A stretch of DNA of 62,503 bases, filler included, from Hausera hauseri (lineage: Eukaryota): NCBI GenBank assembly GCA_046269625.1. It is 11 parts of 11 records of this genome, joined end to end, with 100 filler letters (N's around TTAATTAATTAA, not from the genome) between each part and the next. Parts side by side here need not be neighbours in the genome. Positions count along the whole stretch, not along the records: positions 1 to 8,794 come from JBJURY010533232.1; positions 8,895 to 13,800 come from JBJURY010395812.1; 9 more parts are not named here. One strand, given 5' to 3'. The notes under the pieces are model-generated. The model saw only the letters and a list, made by a program, of their open reading frames with translations, had not been told where the DNA came from and made no database searches. Shown piece by piece: positions 1-11,800 of this stretch; the first letter of the stretch is position 1; every line of letters begins with the position of its first letter. The position numbers and the translations under genes are program-made.

Positions 1-1
1 T

Positions 2-2376
2 GTCAGTCGGGTTATGAACTTCATAAAATTCCCAGATGACGAAATGAAGGATGCATATAAGATGCTAGATAAAGCTATATTGGCAAAACCGATAATCGCC
101 AATCAATTGTTGGAATGGTCCGAATTAATAATGAGACTAAGTAAAGTAGTGGAAAACCGTAAGAAAGAATTCTCAGAAAGTCAACAATCTGTAAGAAAGC
201 AATTAGAAGAAAATTCGCGTAATTTAGATACAATACAAGCCTAAATAGACATCCGAACGCAGTTCAAAGCATTACGACGACTAAATATTATGAGGAAGAA
301 GCAAGAAACGACGATATTGGAAGAGATTTATAAAATGATCAAAGAAACAAACTTTACAGAAAAGTGAAATATGAATTGCTATTTTTACCCAAGATTAAAG
401 AATATCCGACTAGAAGAAGTCCAACATTTAACATCTAAATCTATTGACGAAATTTCAATGCAGGATATTGAAACTTTAGATATTTGTACAGAACATAAAG
501 CGGGTATAGAAGAAGTTATGAGATTCATACGTAAGCCGCAAGAATGTGTGACCGGAACGGATCAAAATTACCATACGGAGTTGACAAAAATAAGAAACGA
601 CCAACATCTTAGTTTTGAAGAATCTAAGTTCGTAAAGTAATTGCTTGATGCAGTAGATCCCGACTCAAAAATCATTAATGAGATGTACGAGTTAGCTTTT
701 CTGTTAGTAGAAATGTCAGAAATTAACGATGAAAAGATGATACAATTGACGCCTAAAATGAGACAAGTTGAAAAAACATGCATTAAAACTTAACAAAGAG
801 CAATCAGGTTAGACGAACTAATGAAAGAACTCGAAGTCTATCGGATCAAATATGCTTTTACCGACTCAGAGATCAAAAATAATCCTGAATTTGTACAAAG
901 ATGGCAAAGAGATGTAATCATAGAGCTAACTGACTATCACCAAAAAGAATTCATCTATTCTAATGAATTGTGCGAACTACTAAAAATGATTCAAAACGAC
1001 TGTGGAAACATGTTTGACTTCCGCACTACGCAGATGAAAGAATTACAACCGATGTTAAAAGAAATTCAAGAGAATGTAAAAAGGACGAATACAACACTGG
1101 CAAACTATGGATTTCCAGACGTTGGAAATGAGCCGGAATGGGATGCGTACTTAGATGCATTAACGGCCGAAAATCCTGTGACTCCAGTACAGCTAAATGA
1201 AATCGAAACCTATCCGCAGAGTGGGAGATTCAATGTGGAGATGCTCCCGTATTCGGCACTAGCTGAAAAAGATTTAATTGAACCAATTAACGTAAACATT
1301 ACTGAAAGTAAATTAAGACAACTTATTCCGATCCTAACTAAATTATCTAGTGAGCATACAATTTATAGTGCGGTGCCGAAACAATTGATAATGAAATACT
1401 CTAAAATTCTGAGGACTAAACCTGAGGTAACGATGAAAGAAAGGGTATCTTCCGAGTGGATGGATGAAAAAGAATGCGAGCTAAGCACTTATTCCTATGT
1501 AAGGGACCTAGGAGAATGGTTATTAAATAATGGCGGAACAAACGAGATAAACTATATATTCTATTTTACAGGTAGAATACTAGATGATTTTGAGCAATTA
1601 ATCGATGTTGGGGTTATCCCCGACGATATAAATTGAATAGTGGTTACAATGACTAATGAACAGACCAAGGAAAAACCCACACGAAAGGTCAAGATACAAC
1701 AATGCGTAGGACAAATTATGGGAGTCCGAGACGCCGCAATATATTTTGAATACTTACAAACAGACGAAGACAAGGAACAATACGGTAAGAATTTGGTGCC
1801 TCTGAGTACAATTACCACAACCGTTCCAAAACAAAGACGCCCGGTAGGTAGACCCGGGAAAATAGGAGAAGACGTTGACTACAACGGAAAATTAATTATA
1901 GAATTGAAACAAATGTCGATTCCTACCTTCAGCACAGACAACGAAGAATTAAGTGTATTAATGAAAATTTGATAGGAATTGTAAATTATTCAATCTTTCG
2001 GGGTAACACATTAGATGAGAAAGAAAAAGCGATATTCAATGCGGCTAAGATAATGAGAAGTTAACTTTTCAAAATATAAAAAAGTAATCTAACCGATGAA
2101 TCAGTGATCGAAAAGATAATAGTAGAGAATACAGTAGAGGAGCTAAGGAAGGTATTACTGTACTTAGCCATCAAGACAAATCCCAGTCGAGAGAATGAAT
2201 TTAGCAGAGCTACACGCTTGGCGCGGAGAGCGGCAAGAAAGCTGCCCTGAGAAGTAAATTGGTCGAGATTATTTAATAAGGAAGAAGACAAAAGGACCGG
2301 TAATAATAATAGACTTAAAGATATGTTACGTAATTTGACGACGACGAATAATAGTAACCGGAAAAACGAATCCAGT
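2..2376 (+). pseudogene. Large N-terminal region of the retroelement polyprotein (gag position; helical/charged, unassigned)
   Basis: ORFs 14-244, 371-640, 821-1636 and 1640-1972 share one frame, separated by stops, several of which are sense codons in copy 2 (e.g. TAA 242 vs GAA; TAA 638 vs AAA). No CCHC knuckle seen; contains RRPVGRPGK. Confidence 0.75.
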
Positions 2377-4248
2377 TGGTTAATTAGTTTACTCACCTTG
2401 ATGATGCTAGTAAAGCAATTAGGTGCTGTTACCGTCTACGATTGCGATAAATTTAAACTAGGGCAAAAATATTCTCTGGTGGATTTAGAGGCCTGTGAAG
2501 ATGCCAAACCGCATAAACTAGAAACAATGCAGAAAGGTTACTTTCTTTATCAACAGCAAGAATTAGTATCTTTGGACGGAATGGAATGTATGTTGAGACG
2601 CTCCCGTAGCATTTTTCACTGCGGAGTAATGCACGGACATTCTTCCATAATCAAACCAACAACTCCCCCAATTCCGATGAATCTGGAACGCCAGCATTGT
2701 AAGCAGGCCAGAAAAACCGGAAGATTAAAATAGTATAGCAGGGAACTAGAAATTAAACCGGAAAAGATAATTAGGGCATATAAAGTAGTAATCGGAAGAC
2801 CAGACGTGCATAACGGACATTGTAGTGGAACAGAGTATGACACTGGAAAAGACTAGAAGCAAACGTAGTTGTCGTAGACTTCTATAAATCAGAGATGCGA
2901 GTACAGAAAGTAATGTTCCATAGCGTTACAAAATTATAAACCGAAAACCAAAAAATGCCATTTACAAGACGAAATGTGTGCATTTAGAAGTTCTGTTATA
3001 ATATGGGAACCTCCCTCTGGAAGAATCTGTAATTTTATAAAAATCAAGGAACTGAAATTTAACGAAACTACTGGAAATCCATATGCAGATAAATCCTACA
3101 TCAACTCAAAAACACGCGAGGAGGTAGCAGAACATCCTGCACCTACTATATTGATCTCCGACCAACATGGACTAAAGTTTATTAAGAAAGAAATGATTTC
3201 TCGTTGCGAAGTCGTGATGTTTGCCACTAAATATAAAGCATTTTTCGTCGCAGAAACGGAAATAAATGCGAAAACTTTCAAACTAGATACGCAAGATATT
3301 CGGATCGAGGATTACCTAAAGAACCTAGGCGACTATTTTTATTACAAAGGACAAGTTGGAATAGCCGAGCTATACCATAAAACGATAACGAACGATTGTA
3401 AGTTAGACATGGAAATTATGAGGACAAAATTAGCTCTCATTTATTTGAACCCTGAGTTAGCGGCACCAACAATTCCCATAAGAGAAGGAATTTTCAGTCG
3501 AGTTACTGGTGAAGTTCTATTGACTTACGAATGTAAAAAACGGGACGTACAAATTAATGTCGAAGATAAACGTTGTATACAATAACTCCCCGTTATTTAT
3601 CAGAACACCCCACTGTTAGCCATGCCACTTACCAGAGTACTGTTAGATAACGCGACTCAACCAACAATCCTTAAGGAATGTAGGACAAGTTTAGGAGAAC
3701 CTATGTTTAGACGTAGTGAAACGTATTGGGTTATTTTACCTAATGGAGGTATTACTGCCGTCCAGATTAAGTTAACGGAAACTAATTTCGTAAAGGGAAT
3801 TACAGATGATAAATTTCAGGACACCACATCAAAAGGCACTTATAGTCCAAAGGGAATTGAGGCCTTTAAACAATTTCTTGCTTTTCCGCGACAGTTGACA
3901 CATGAATTAAATCGAGCCATGGCCTCCATAATAGATGATACTCGTTACCAAGCTAAATGGGAATCCTTGCTCGGAGTAAACTATTACCAACGAGTAACCA
4001 CAGAAATACTCTATAAAATTTGGGGAAGATTTTTAATTTTTGGACAAGTCGCATCTGGATTTCTAGCGATATATTTCCTAATACAGCTGATTAAGACCGT
4101 CATCCAAGCAGTAATAAATAGATATGAAATATTTACATTGACCGGATTTTTGCGTAAAATTTTGACTGCGATAATAATGCCATTTTGGAAGTTTTTAAAG
4201 GCCTATGAAGAAAGCAGGTGGAAATCGGACGTAGAACGGTTATCATAA
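2377..4248 (+). pseudogene. Chuvirus-like envelope glycoprotein, copy 1 (disrupted)
   Basis: Signal-like WLISLLTLMMLVKQLGA, then VYDC...YSLVDLEAC...C..RRSRSIFHCG.HGHSSI; CKLDMEI...LA...P.LA...EG..RVTGEV...EC...C..LPV...PLTRVL; C-terminal FGQVASGFLAIYFLIQLIK TM. This Cys/motif pattern is the one I recall for Chuviridae G and chuvirus-derived EVEs. N-glycosylation sequons NET and NAT. Confidence 0.8.
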
Positions 4249-4869
4249 TCGTAAACGAAAAGGAAAACCGATGTTCTTGTACAAGCGGAAATTCACAAAA
4301 TCTAATATACGGAGAGGTAATTCGGATTATGACGAGCCTAAGGGAGAAGAAGTACTTTCGAGAACAAGTAGGCACAAGACATATTCTATTATTAAATCAA
4401 CACTGCCTATGCTACCCCGTACTGCTCCGTCTATAAAGACTGTGACGAGCGGTCAATGAGCTCATACCAGACAGAAGTTTATAAGAGAACAACTAGCTTA
4501 GAAGACCCGTATGAAGGAACAAAACGGTATGGAATTTTGCAGAAAATGAGCTACCGACGGCCAATGAATGATTTTAGAATCTTGTACTCCCCACGGAAAC
4601 CCCGAAATATAGAAACAAGACCACCTGACTGGGGAAATCAAAAGTTACAAATCTTTCTGGATATAGAACCACACATTAGTACCCGCGAACCACTGATTGG
4701 TACACCCAAGTAGAAGAATTGAACATCGAAAACAATAAATTACAATCAAATGGTGAATTGAGACAGTTAACAGAAAACATAGTATCATCTGCGGAAATCA
4801 CGATAAACGGTCACAAAATATCGGCAACAAAACGCCCTAAGACTGCATCAAACTGCTTCGGGACAGTAA

Positions 4870-5200
4870 TAGAGGGAAGAACCTTCGCCAAAATTAATAC
4901 TGAGGATTGGTAAGTTTGTCCATTAATTGATACAGGATCTGAGATATCATGCATTAAAAATGACTCAGTTCCTTAAGTCCTAAGAGGACAATTATACCCA
5001 CTATCTACAAAGGATCCAGGAAGTACAGGAGCCTTTGGCCAAATGTAATTACCAATGTTCAAATAGAACCCAGAAGTTCAGATCATTAGACAGTTTTTCC
5101 ACCACGAATTTGCAGTTATGTAACAATTAACTGACGACGTAGTTTTAGGGTGTGATCTCCTAAAGAGACTACGAAATATAGCAATTGACTTGCAAACAGG
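4870..5200 (+). pseudogene. Retropepsin aspartic protease domain
   Basis: LIDTGSEISCI (DTG at 4929) and downstream VLGCDLL; internal stops. Confidence 0.9.
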
Positions 5201-5800
5201 AATATTAATAGAAATCCGGCCAGATAAAGGCGTGAAAAACGCTAAGGATAGGAAATTCGGAGAAGTGTGGATACCAGTAGATGAAAACATTCCACCGAGA
5301 ACGGAGATAATAATTTACGCGCAAATATAAGAAGATGACGATCAACCGGTATATTTTAAACCAAAGAAAACGTTAAATCCAAATATAACACTCAGTAACA
5401 TACTGAAAAGAGTACACTCCGGTCATGTACCGATCAGGATAGCAAATAATGCACCGACCCCCGTGAAGCTTCATGCTTATACTACTTTTGGAAATACCTA
5501 TAGAATGTCGTCATTAACTATTGAAGAAAAGCCTTATAAGCATGCAGAATTCCCACCTCATGTAGAAACTAAGTTTTTGCCTAAATCCTACTGCCTATTT
5601 TACGAATTAATGTGTCGTTATAAGTCAATAATTGCTAAGGACGACGAAAATATCGGCAGGGCTAAAGCATTAAAACAGACTATGCCACTTAAGAAAAAGC
5701 CTGGTTTGAACGAAGAAATAGATATCGAAGATCAAAATATGCCGAAATGGTATCCTCCGCCACACTTACTAAGACCAGAGATAGCAAAAAAGTCGAACGG

Positions 5801-6240
5801 ATGCTTAAGGCCGATATAATTAGGCCAGGTTATAGATCATGGTATTCACCGATCCTCATGTTTAAAAAGAAGGGTACTACAAAGCATCGATTTAGTACTG
5901 AATACAAAGCGTTGAATAATATAATGATAAAAGAATCTTTTCCATTGCCATCAGTAAAGGAAGCTCCAAACAGACTTTCAAGAGCCAAATAATTTACCAC
6001 TGTAAATTTACAATGTGGATATTGGCAAGTAGAAATCGAGGACGAAGATCGATATAAAACAGCGTTCAAGACACACGATGGCGTCTACAAATTTAATGTC
6101 ATGCAATTCGGTATCATTACCGGACCAGCTATTTTCACAAGAATAATGAACAAAACGTTAATGGGATTAGATTATGCCTTTGCATGTTTAGATGATGTAA
6201 TGATAGCGGCAAGGACAGAAGAAGACGATTTAAAGGAATA
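5801..6240 (+). pseudogene. Reverse transcriptase domain (degenerate, internally deleted)
   Basis: IIRPGYRSWYSPILMFKKKG..HRF, FPLP, GYWQVEI..DRYKTAF, FNVMQFG, and YAFACLDDV (YxDD position). The C-terminal palm/thumb part appears deleted near 6245. Confidence 0.93.
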
Positions 6241-6429
6241 TTGAGCATACTCTAATGCTAAGTCTCTGTGGATATTATGCCACTTATGCATTAGATAACT
6301 CAAAAAAAAATGCACCTCTATATCGCCTACTTAAAAAACGAATTAAATTGAAATGAACGGACGTCGAACAGAAGGCTTTTGACGAGATGAAGAATATATT
6401 AAGAAGTGAACAAGTTTTACGATACCAGA

Positions 6430-6810
6430 CTTCAATTTACTATTCATAATTAAGATAGATGCCAGTAAAGAAGGTATCGGATATGAATTAGCCGAGAAAA
6501 GAGAAGAGAAAAAATTAAAACACCAAATTGCTTATGGAGGACGTTCCCTGAGGACGGCCGAGAAAAACTATTCTGTTACTGAATTAGAAACTTTAGCCGT
6601 TAAAGAAGCCCTACGACATTTTAACGTTTACGTGTACGAACAGAAAATTATAATTGTTACTAACCATAAAGGTGTGACTACTTTAGAAGGACGAGCAAAC
6701 AGTCCCACTTGCAGGCTCAACAGATGGATCGAAGAAATTTCTAGATATAATATCGAGTTTCAGTATAAGCCAGGAAACAAACACATAGATAATAATGTAT
6801 TTTCCAGACT
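6430..6810 (+). pseudogene. RNase H domain (Ty3/gypsy type)
   Basis: IKIDASKEGIG, IAYGGRSLRTAEKNYSVTELETLAV, IVTNHK, RLNRW, YKPGNKH. Confidence 0.93.
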
Positions 6811-7079
6811 AAAAAATAAAACAATAATGAAGAAAACGCAACTCGAAGAAATAATAGATCGCCAACGTGTTTTAACACTGAAAAGGCGACCAAAATCTCA
6901 AGCGAACAAAAGAACGATAAAGTTATCCAGCAGTATATAGAATTTGTTAAAAAGGATATTATACCAAAAGGGTGGCAACTAAAAAAGCATCTACACAGAC
7001 ACGGGCACAAGTACTGTGTCTTGAATAACAACAGCAGTGAAGATATTCTATATTACAAACGCAAAAAAGGAAACTGAGA

Positions 7080-8120
7080 GTTATCCCAAAGAGTTTACGA
7101 ACTGAAGTTTTAATGGCGGAACATAATTCATATTTGGCAGGGCACATGCCCTGGAAGAAAACATTAAAGAGTATATTGAATAAATTCTTTTGGTCCAGTA
7201 TCTATATCGATGTGAAGAATTGAGTGAATGCTTGCGAAGTATTTGCGACTAAACAAAAAAAGACAAAGAATTACATGACCGAAAACCGATCAGTGTGCCG
7301 ATAGACCTATGCAAGCCATGTCAATGGATATCGTAGGACCGCTTCCTATGTCCCACAAAAATAATAAATATATCTTGACTTGTATTGATAGACTCACTCA
7401 TTTTGTCGAGTTAATAGCATTGATTGATTAGAAGGTAGAAACTTTTGCCGAAGCTGTAGTAAGAAGAATTATTTGCCGATATGGACCTCCAGACCAAATG
7501 TTAACAGATCGAAGAAGGAATTTTACAAGTGAACTATTCGAAAAAATTACCAAAATATGTGAAATCGAACGATTAACTACTACCGCGTATCATCAGCAGT
7601 GTAATGGAATTGTCGAACGAATGAATGCAACTGTCATACGCATACTATCAACAGTAGTAGCGAAAGACCAAAAAGATTGGGATGAATTCCTAGAAGGAAA
7701 TCAATTTGCCATTAACACTACTCCGCATCCCTCAAGAGGATTTACGCCATTTTTATGATGTACCGACGTGAAGCTGTGATACCCACAAACTTCGCAATCA
7801 ATCCCGAAGATTTCGAACAGAACTTTGTTGAAGTATTACAGACACGACTACAAAAATGTTGAGAAATCGCCAAGGAATTATCCAGAGAATATGAAGAACA
7901 GTTTAAAAAACAATACGATAGTAAGGCCAAGCCACACGATTTAGAACCAGGAAATTGGGTTTATGTGCGTTATCCGGTAGCCAAGAAAGGCACGTCATTA
8001 AAACTGACTTGTATAGGCAGAGGACCTTACGAAGTTACTAAAATCACACCAACTACAGTATACATCAACAAGAATGGAAAGGAAGAAGTTGTGTCAGCAC
8101 AAAGAGTTGTCAAGACGGAG
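7080..8120 (+). pseudogene. Integrase (HHCC zinc finger, DDE core, GPY/F module)
   Basis: EHNSYLAGH...FFW...ACEVF; SMDIVGPLP; RYGPPDQMLTDRRRNFTS; TTAYHQQCNGIVERMN; GRGPYEV. Confidence 0.93.
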
Positions 8121-8777
8121 ATAGGGCCCAATAAACATTACAATTTACGCCAACGAGAGAAAAAAACTTCTTCAATAATTGCTACACCTATATCGTACGT
8201 ACATATAGTTCTAGCACTATTACTAATTGCTTCTTACATTCCAAAAACACCAACTCAATGGTGGAACAATGAATCTATGTTAGGAGACGTATACGTAATA
8301 CGGAAAAGCGGGATAAAGGCGAAAAATACCATACCAGAGAAGAAACCAACCGCCGAAGAAATCCAAAGAAAAGAAGACACTAGATTATTACAATCGATGA
8401 CGGTTCAGTACTTTTCGCCAGACGCTGTGTGTGTTGGATTTAAAACGTGGAGGCCACATCATGATTTTGGGAGTTTTCAGATTATCCTATACGATAAAAT
8501 AACAAAAAAGAGGGAAAAATGTGATTTTGAACCCGGAATGTATACCCAGTGCTGCGACATAGATTTTGGACATACCTACATCCTTGCTTATTGCATGTTT
8601 TTGCCGGACTCAACAGAGATCTACATAGAAATAAATACACAACTTCTGTCGGTTATTCCCCCTTCGCCAGGGCGATTCGGAAGGAAACCCATCGAAATGC
8701 TACACTCCACCAATCCAGAGATAAGGATAGTAGACGAGAACATAAAAGAGATGTCAATAAATAAAGAAAAACGGTGA
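7965..8777 (+). CDS. Integrase C-terminus fused in frame to a hydrophobic segment and a Cys-rich domain of unknown function
   Basis: One 270-aa ORF: GPYEV, then YNLR, then hydrophobic ISYVHIVLALLLIASYI, then CDFEPGMYTQCCDIDFGHTY. Confidence 0.65.
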   Translation: MRYPVAKKGTSLKLTCIGRGPYEVTKITPTTVYINKNGKEEVVSAQRVVKTEIGPNKHYNLRQREKKTSSIIATPISYVHIVLALLLIASYIPKTPTQWWNNESMLGDVYVIRKSGIKAKNTIPEKKPTAEEIQRKEDTRLLQSMTVQYFSPDAVCVGFKTWRPHHDFGSFQIILYDKITKKREKCDFEPGMYTQCCDIDFGHTYILAYCMFLPDSTEIYIEINTQLLSVIPPSPGRFGRKPIEMLHSTNPEIRIVDENIKEMSINKEKR

Positions 8778-8794
8778 ATTTAAGCAAATGCACG

Positions 8795-8894
8795 NNNNNN
8801 NNNNNNNNNNNNNNNNNNNNNNNNNNNNNNNNNNNNNNTTAATTAATTAANNNNNNNNNNNNNNNNNNNNNNNNNNNNNNNNNNNNNNNNNNNN
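8795..8894. other. Artificial contig spacer (first of ten; others at 13801-13900, 22196-22295, 27641-27740, 33714-33813, 38177-38276, 42661-42760, 48055-48154, 52768-52867, 57365-57464)
   Basis: Identical 100-nt structure each time: 44 N + TTAATTAATTAA (stop in all six frames) + 44 N. Confidence 0.99.
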
Positions 8895-11800
8895 AATAGA
8901 AAATGAAAAGCGAGCACAAATATATAGCCTGAGAAACCGAATTATGTCCCCAAACCAGGAGGAGACCCAATACGTAGTGAAAGCTTGTATCATAGAATTG
9001 GGCGAATACAAGGACGAGTTTAGCTATGTCAGCCGGATTATGAATTTCATAAAAGGACCAAATGATGAGTTAAAAGATACATATTAAATGCTAAATAAGA
9101 CCATAATAGCAAAGCCAATAATCTCCAACCAATTATCGGAATGGTCCGAATTAGTAATGCGACTAAGTAAATTAGCGGAAAACCGTAGGAAAGAATTTCC
9201 ATAGAGTGAGCCTGCTATAAGGAAACAGTTGGAAGAAAGCACATGTTATTTAGACACAATAAAGGCAGAAATAAATATTCGATTTCAATTTTAAGCTCTA
9301 CGATGGCTATATTTTATGAAGAAGAAACAAAAAACGACGATACTGGAAGAAATCTATAAAATGGTCGAAGAGACGAGTTTTAGAGAAAGGAAAATATGAC
9401 TTGTAATTTTTACCCGAGATTAAGAAATATCCGACTAGAAGGAGTTTAACATTTAACAGATAAACCTGTCAATGAGATCTGTGTCCAAGATATTGAAACC
9501 CTAGATATTTGTCCGGAACGTCGAGTTACTTTAACGGACGCAATAAAATTCTTGCATAAACCACAAGAATGGAAGACCGGACCAGATCAGAATTTCCATA
9601 CCGAGTTGACAAAGATAAGAGATGACCAACATCTTAGTTTCCAAAAATCTAAGTTCGTAAAGAAATTGTTGGATGCAATGGATCCCGACTGAAAAGTCAT
9701 AAATGAGATTACTTATTAGTAGAAATGGCAGAAATTAACGATGAAAAATGAAGCAATTGATTCCTAAAATAAGACAGGTTGAGGAAACCTGCATTAAAAC
9801 CAAACAAAGAGAGATAAGGTTAGACGATTTAGCAAAAGAACTCGAAATCTACCGAAATAAATATGCTTTCACCGAATAAGAGATCAAAAATAAGAGTGAA
9901 TTCGTACAAAGATAACAAAGAGACGTAATCATGGAGCTAACGGATTCTCACCAAAAAGGACTCATCAATTCTAATAAATTAGGCGAATTACTAAAAATGA
10001 TCCAGTATGCCTGTGGAAACGGAATAGGTTTCGAACTACGCAGATGAAGGAAATACAACCCAAATTGAAAGAAATTCGAGAAAATGCGCAAAGAAAGAAT
10101 ACAGCCTTAGTGGACTATAGACTTACAGATGTTGGAATCGAACCAGAATGGGATGCATACTTAGATGCGATAATGGCCGAAAAACCCGTAACTCCGGTAC
10201 GACTAAATGAGATAGAGACATATCCGCAGGACATGAGATTTATGTGGAAATGCTCCTGGATTCAGCGTTAACTGAAAAAGATTTAATCAAATTAATTAAC
10301 GTAAATATTACTAAAAGTAAGTTAAGGCAACTTATTCCGACATTAATTAAATTATCTAGTGAGAATACGATTTATATTACGGTGCCGAAACTTTTTGTAA
10401 GGAAATACATTAAAATCTTAAGGACTAAACCTGATATAACGATGAAGGCAATGGTATCGTCCGAGTGGATGGACGAAAAAGAATGTGAGTTAACTACATA
10501 CTCCTATGTAAAAGATGTGGGAGAATGGTTATCTAACAATGCCGGAACAAATGAGCTAAATTACAGTTTTTACTTTAGAGGTAGATGTCGGGATTATCCC
10601 CGACGAAACAAATCGGATAGTAATAATAATAGAAAATTAACAGACAAAAGAAGAAGCTACACGTAAAGCCAAAACGAAGCAGTGCGTAGGACAAATTATG
10701 TGAGTCTGAGATGCTACAATGTATTTCGAGTATTTACAATCGGATGAGGACAAGGAACAATACGATATAAATTTAGTACCACTGAGTGAATGAAGGGCCA
10801 AAGGCATAAACGTCCAGTTGGTAGACCTAAGAAAACGCGAGAAGAAGTGAATTATTATGGAGAATTGATTAGAGAATTGAGACATATGTCGATTCCAACT
10901 TTTAGTACAAACAGTAACGAGTTAAGTGAGTTAATGAAGAATTTAGTACGAATGGTAGATTATTCGAGCTTTCGAGGTGATGTATTAGATGATAGAGAAA
11001 AGATAATATTCAATGCAGTTAGAACGATGAGAAGTTTACGTTTTAAACTATCAAAAAGTAACTTAGCCGACGAATCGGTAATTGAAAAGATCATGGTTAA
11101 AAACACCAATGAGGAATTGAGAAAAGTATTACTATACTTATCTATCAAAATAAACCCTAATCGAGAGAACAAAATCAATAGAGCTGTAAGCTTAGCACGA
11201 AGAGCAGTGAGAAGATTGCCCTGCGATGTAAATTGGTCGAGACTATTTGACAAGGAGAACGACAGACGGGCTAGTAATATACTAGACGATATGCTACGTA
11301 ATTTGCATCGACAGATGTTGGCTACCGGAAAAACGAATCAAATTGGTTAATCAGCCTACTCAGCTTGATGATGTTAATAAAGCACTTAAGCGCTGTTACC
11401 ATCTACTACTGCGATAAGTTTAAACTAGGGCAGAGGTATTCCCTAATAGACTTAGAAGTATGCGAAGATGCAAGACCCCACAAGTTGGAAACAAGAGAGA
11501 AAAATTACTTCCTGTACCAACAACAAGAACTAATATCACTAGATGGGATGGAATGCATGTTGAGACTATCGCGTAGCATTTTTAATTGTGGGTTAGTACA
11601 CGAACATTCCTCCATAATCAAGCCGACAACTCCGCTAATCCCAATGAATTTAGAACGCCAGCGCTGAAAACAGGCCAAGGAAACTGCAAGAGTACAATGG
11701 GGCAATGTGCAATTAAAAATGCAACCAGGGAAGATAATTCGATCATACAAAGTAGTGGCGGGAAGGTTAGATATGCATAACGGACATTGTTACGGAGCAG

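Larger units (their letters stand above)
1..8794 (+). mobile_element. Degenerate Ty3/gypsy-type retroelement, copy 1 (N-terminal region - chuvirus-like glycoprotein - PR - RT - RNase H - integrase - 3' extension); LTRs not in contig
   Basis: Domain order PR (LIDTGS), RT, RNase H (DAS...YSVTELETLAV), integrase with GPY motif is the gypsy order. Many stops and frameshifts. Colinear with 8895-12569 and 33814-38176. Confidence 0.95.

Noticed and set aside
2061-2396. Antisense ORF recurring in all three retroelement copies (also 10960-11253 and 34154-34471)
   Set aside because: Explained by conservation of the A-rich sense frame; start and stop positions differ between copies.
8839-8850. TTAATTAATTAA palindrome-like motif recurring ten times
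   Set aside because: Always centred in a fixed N run; it is an artificial six-frame-stop linker.
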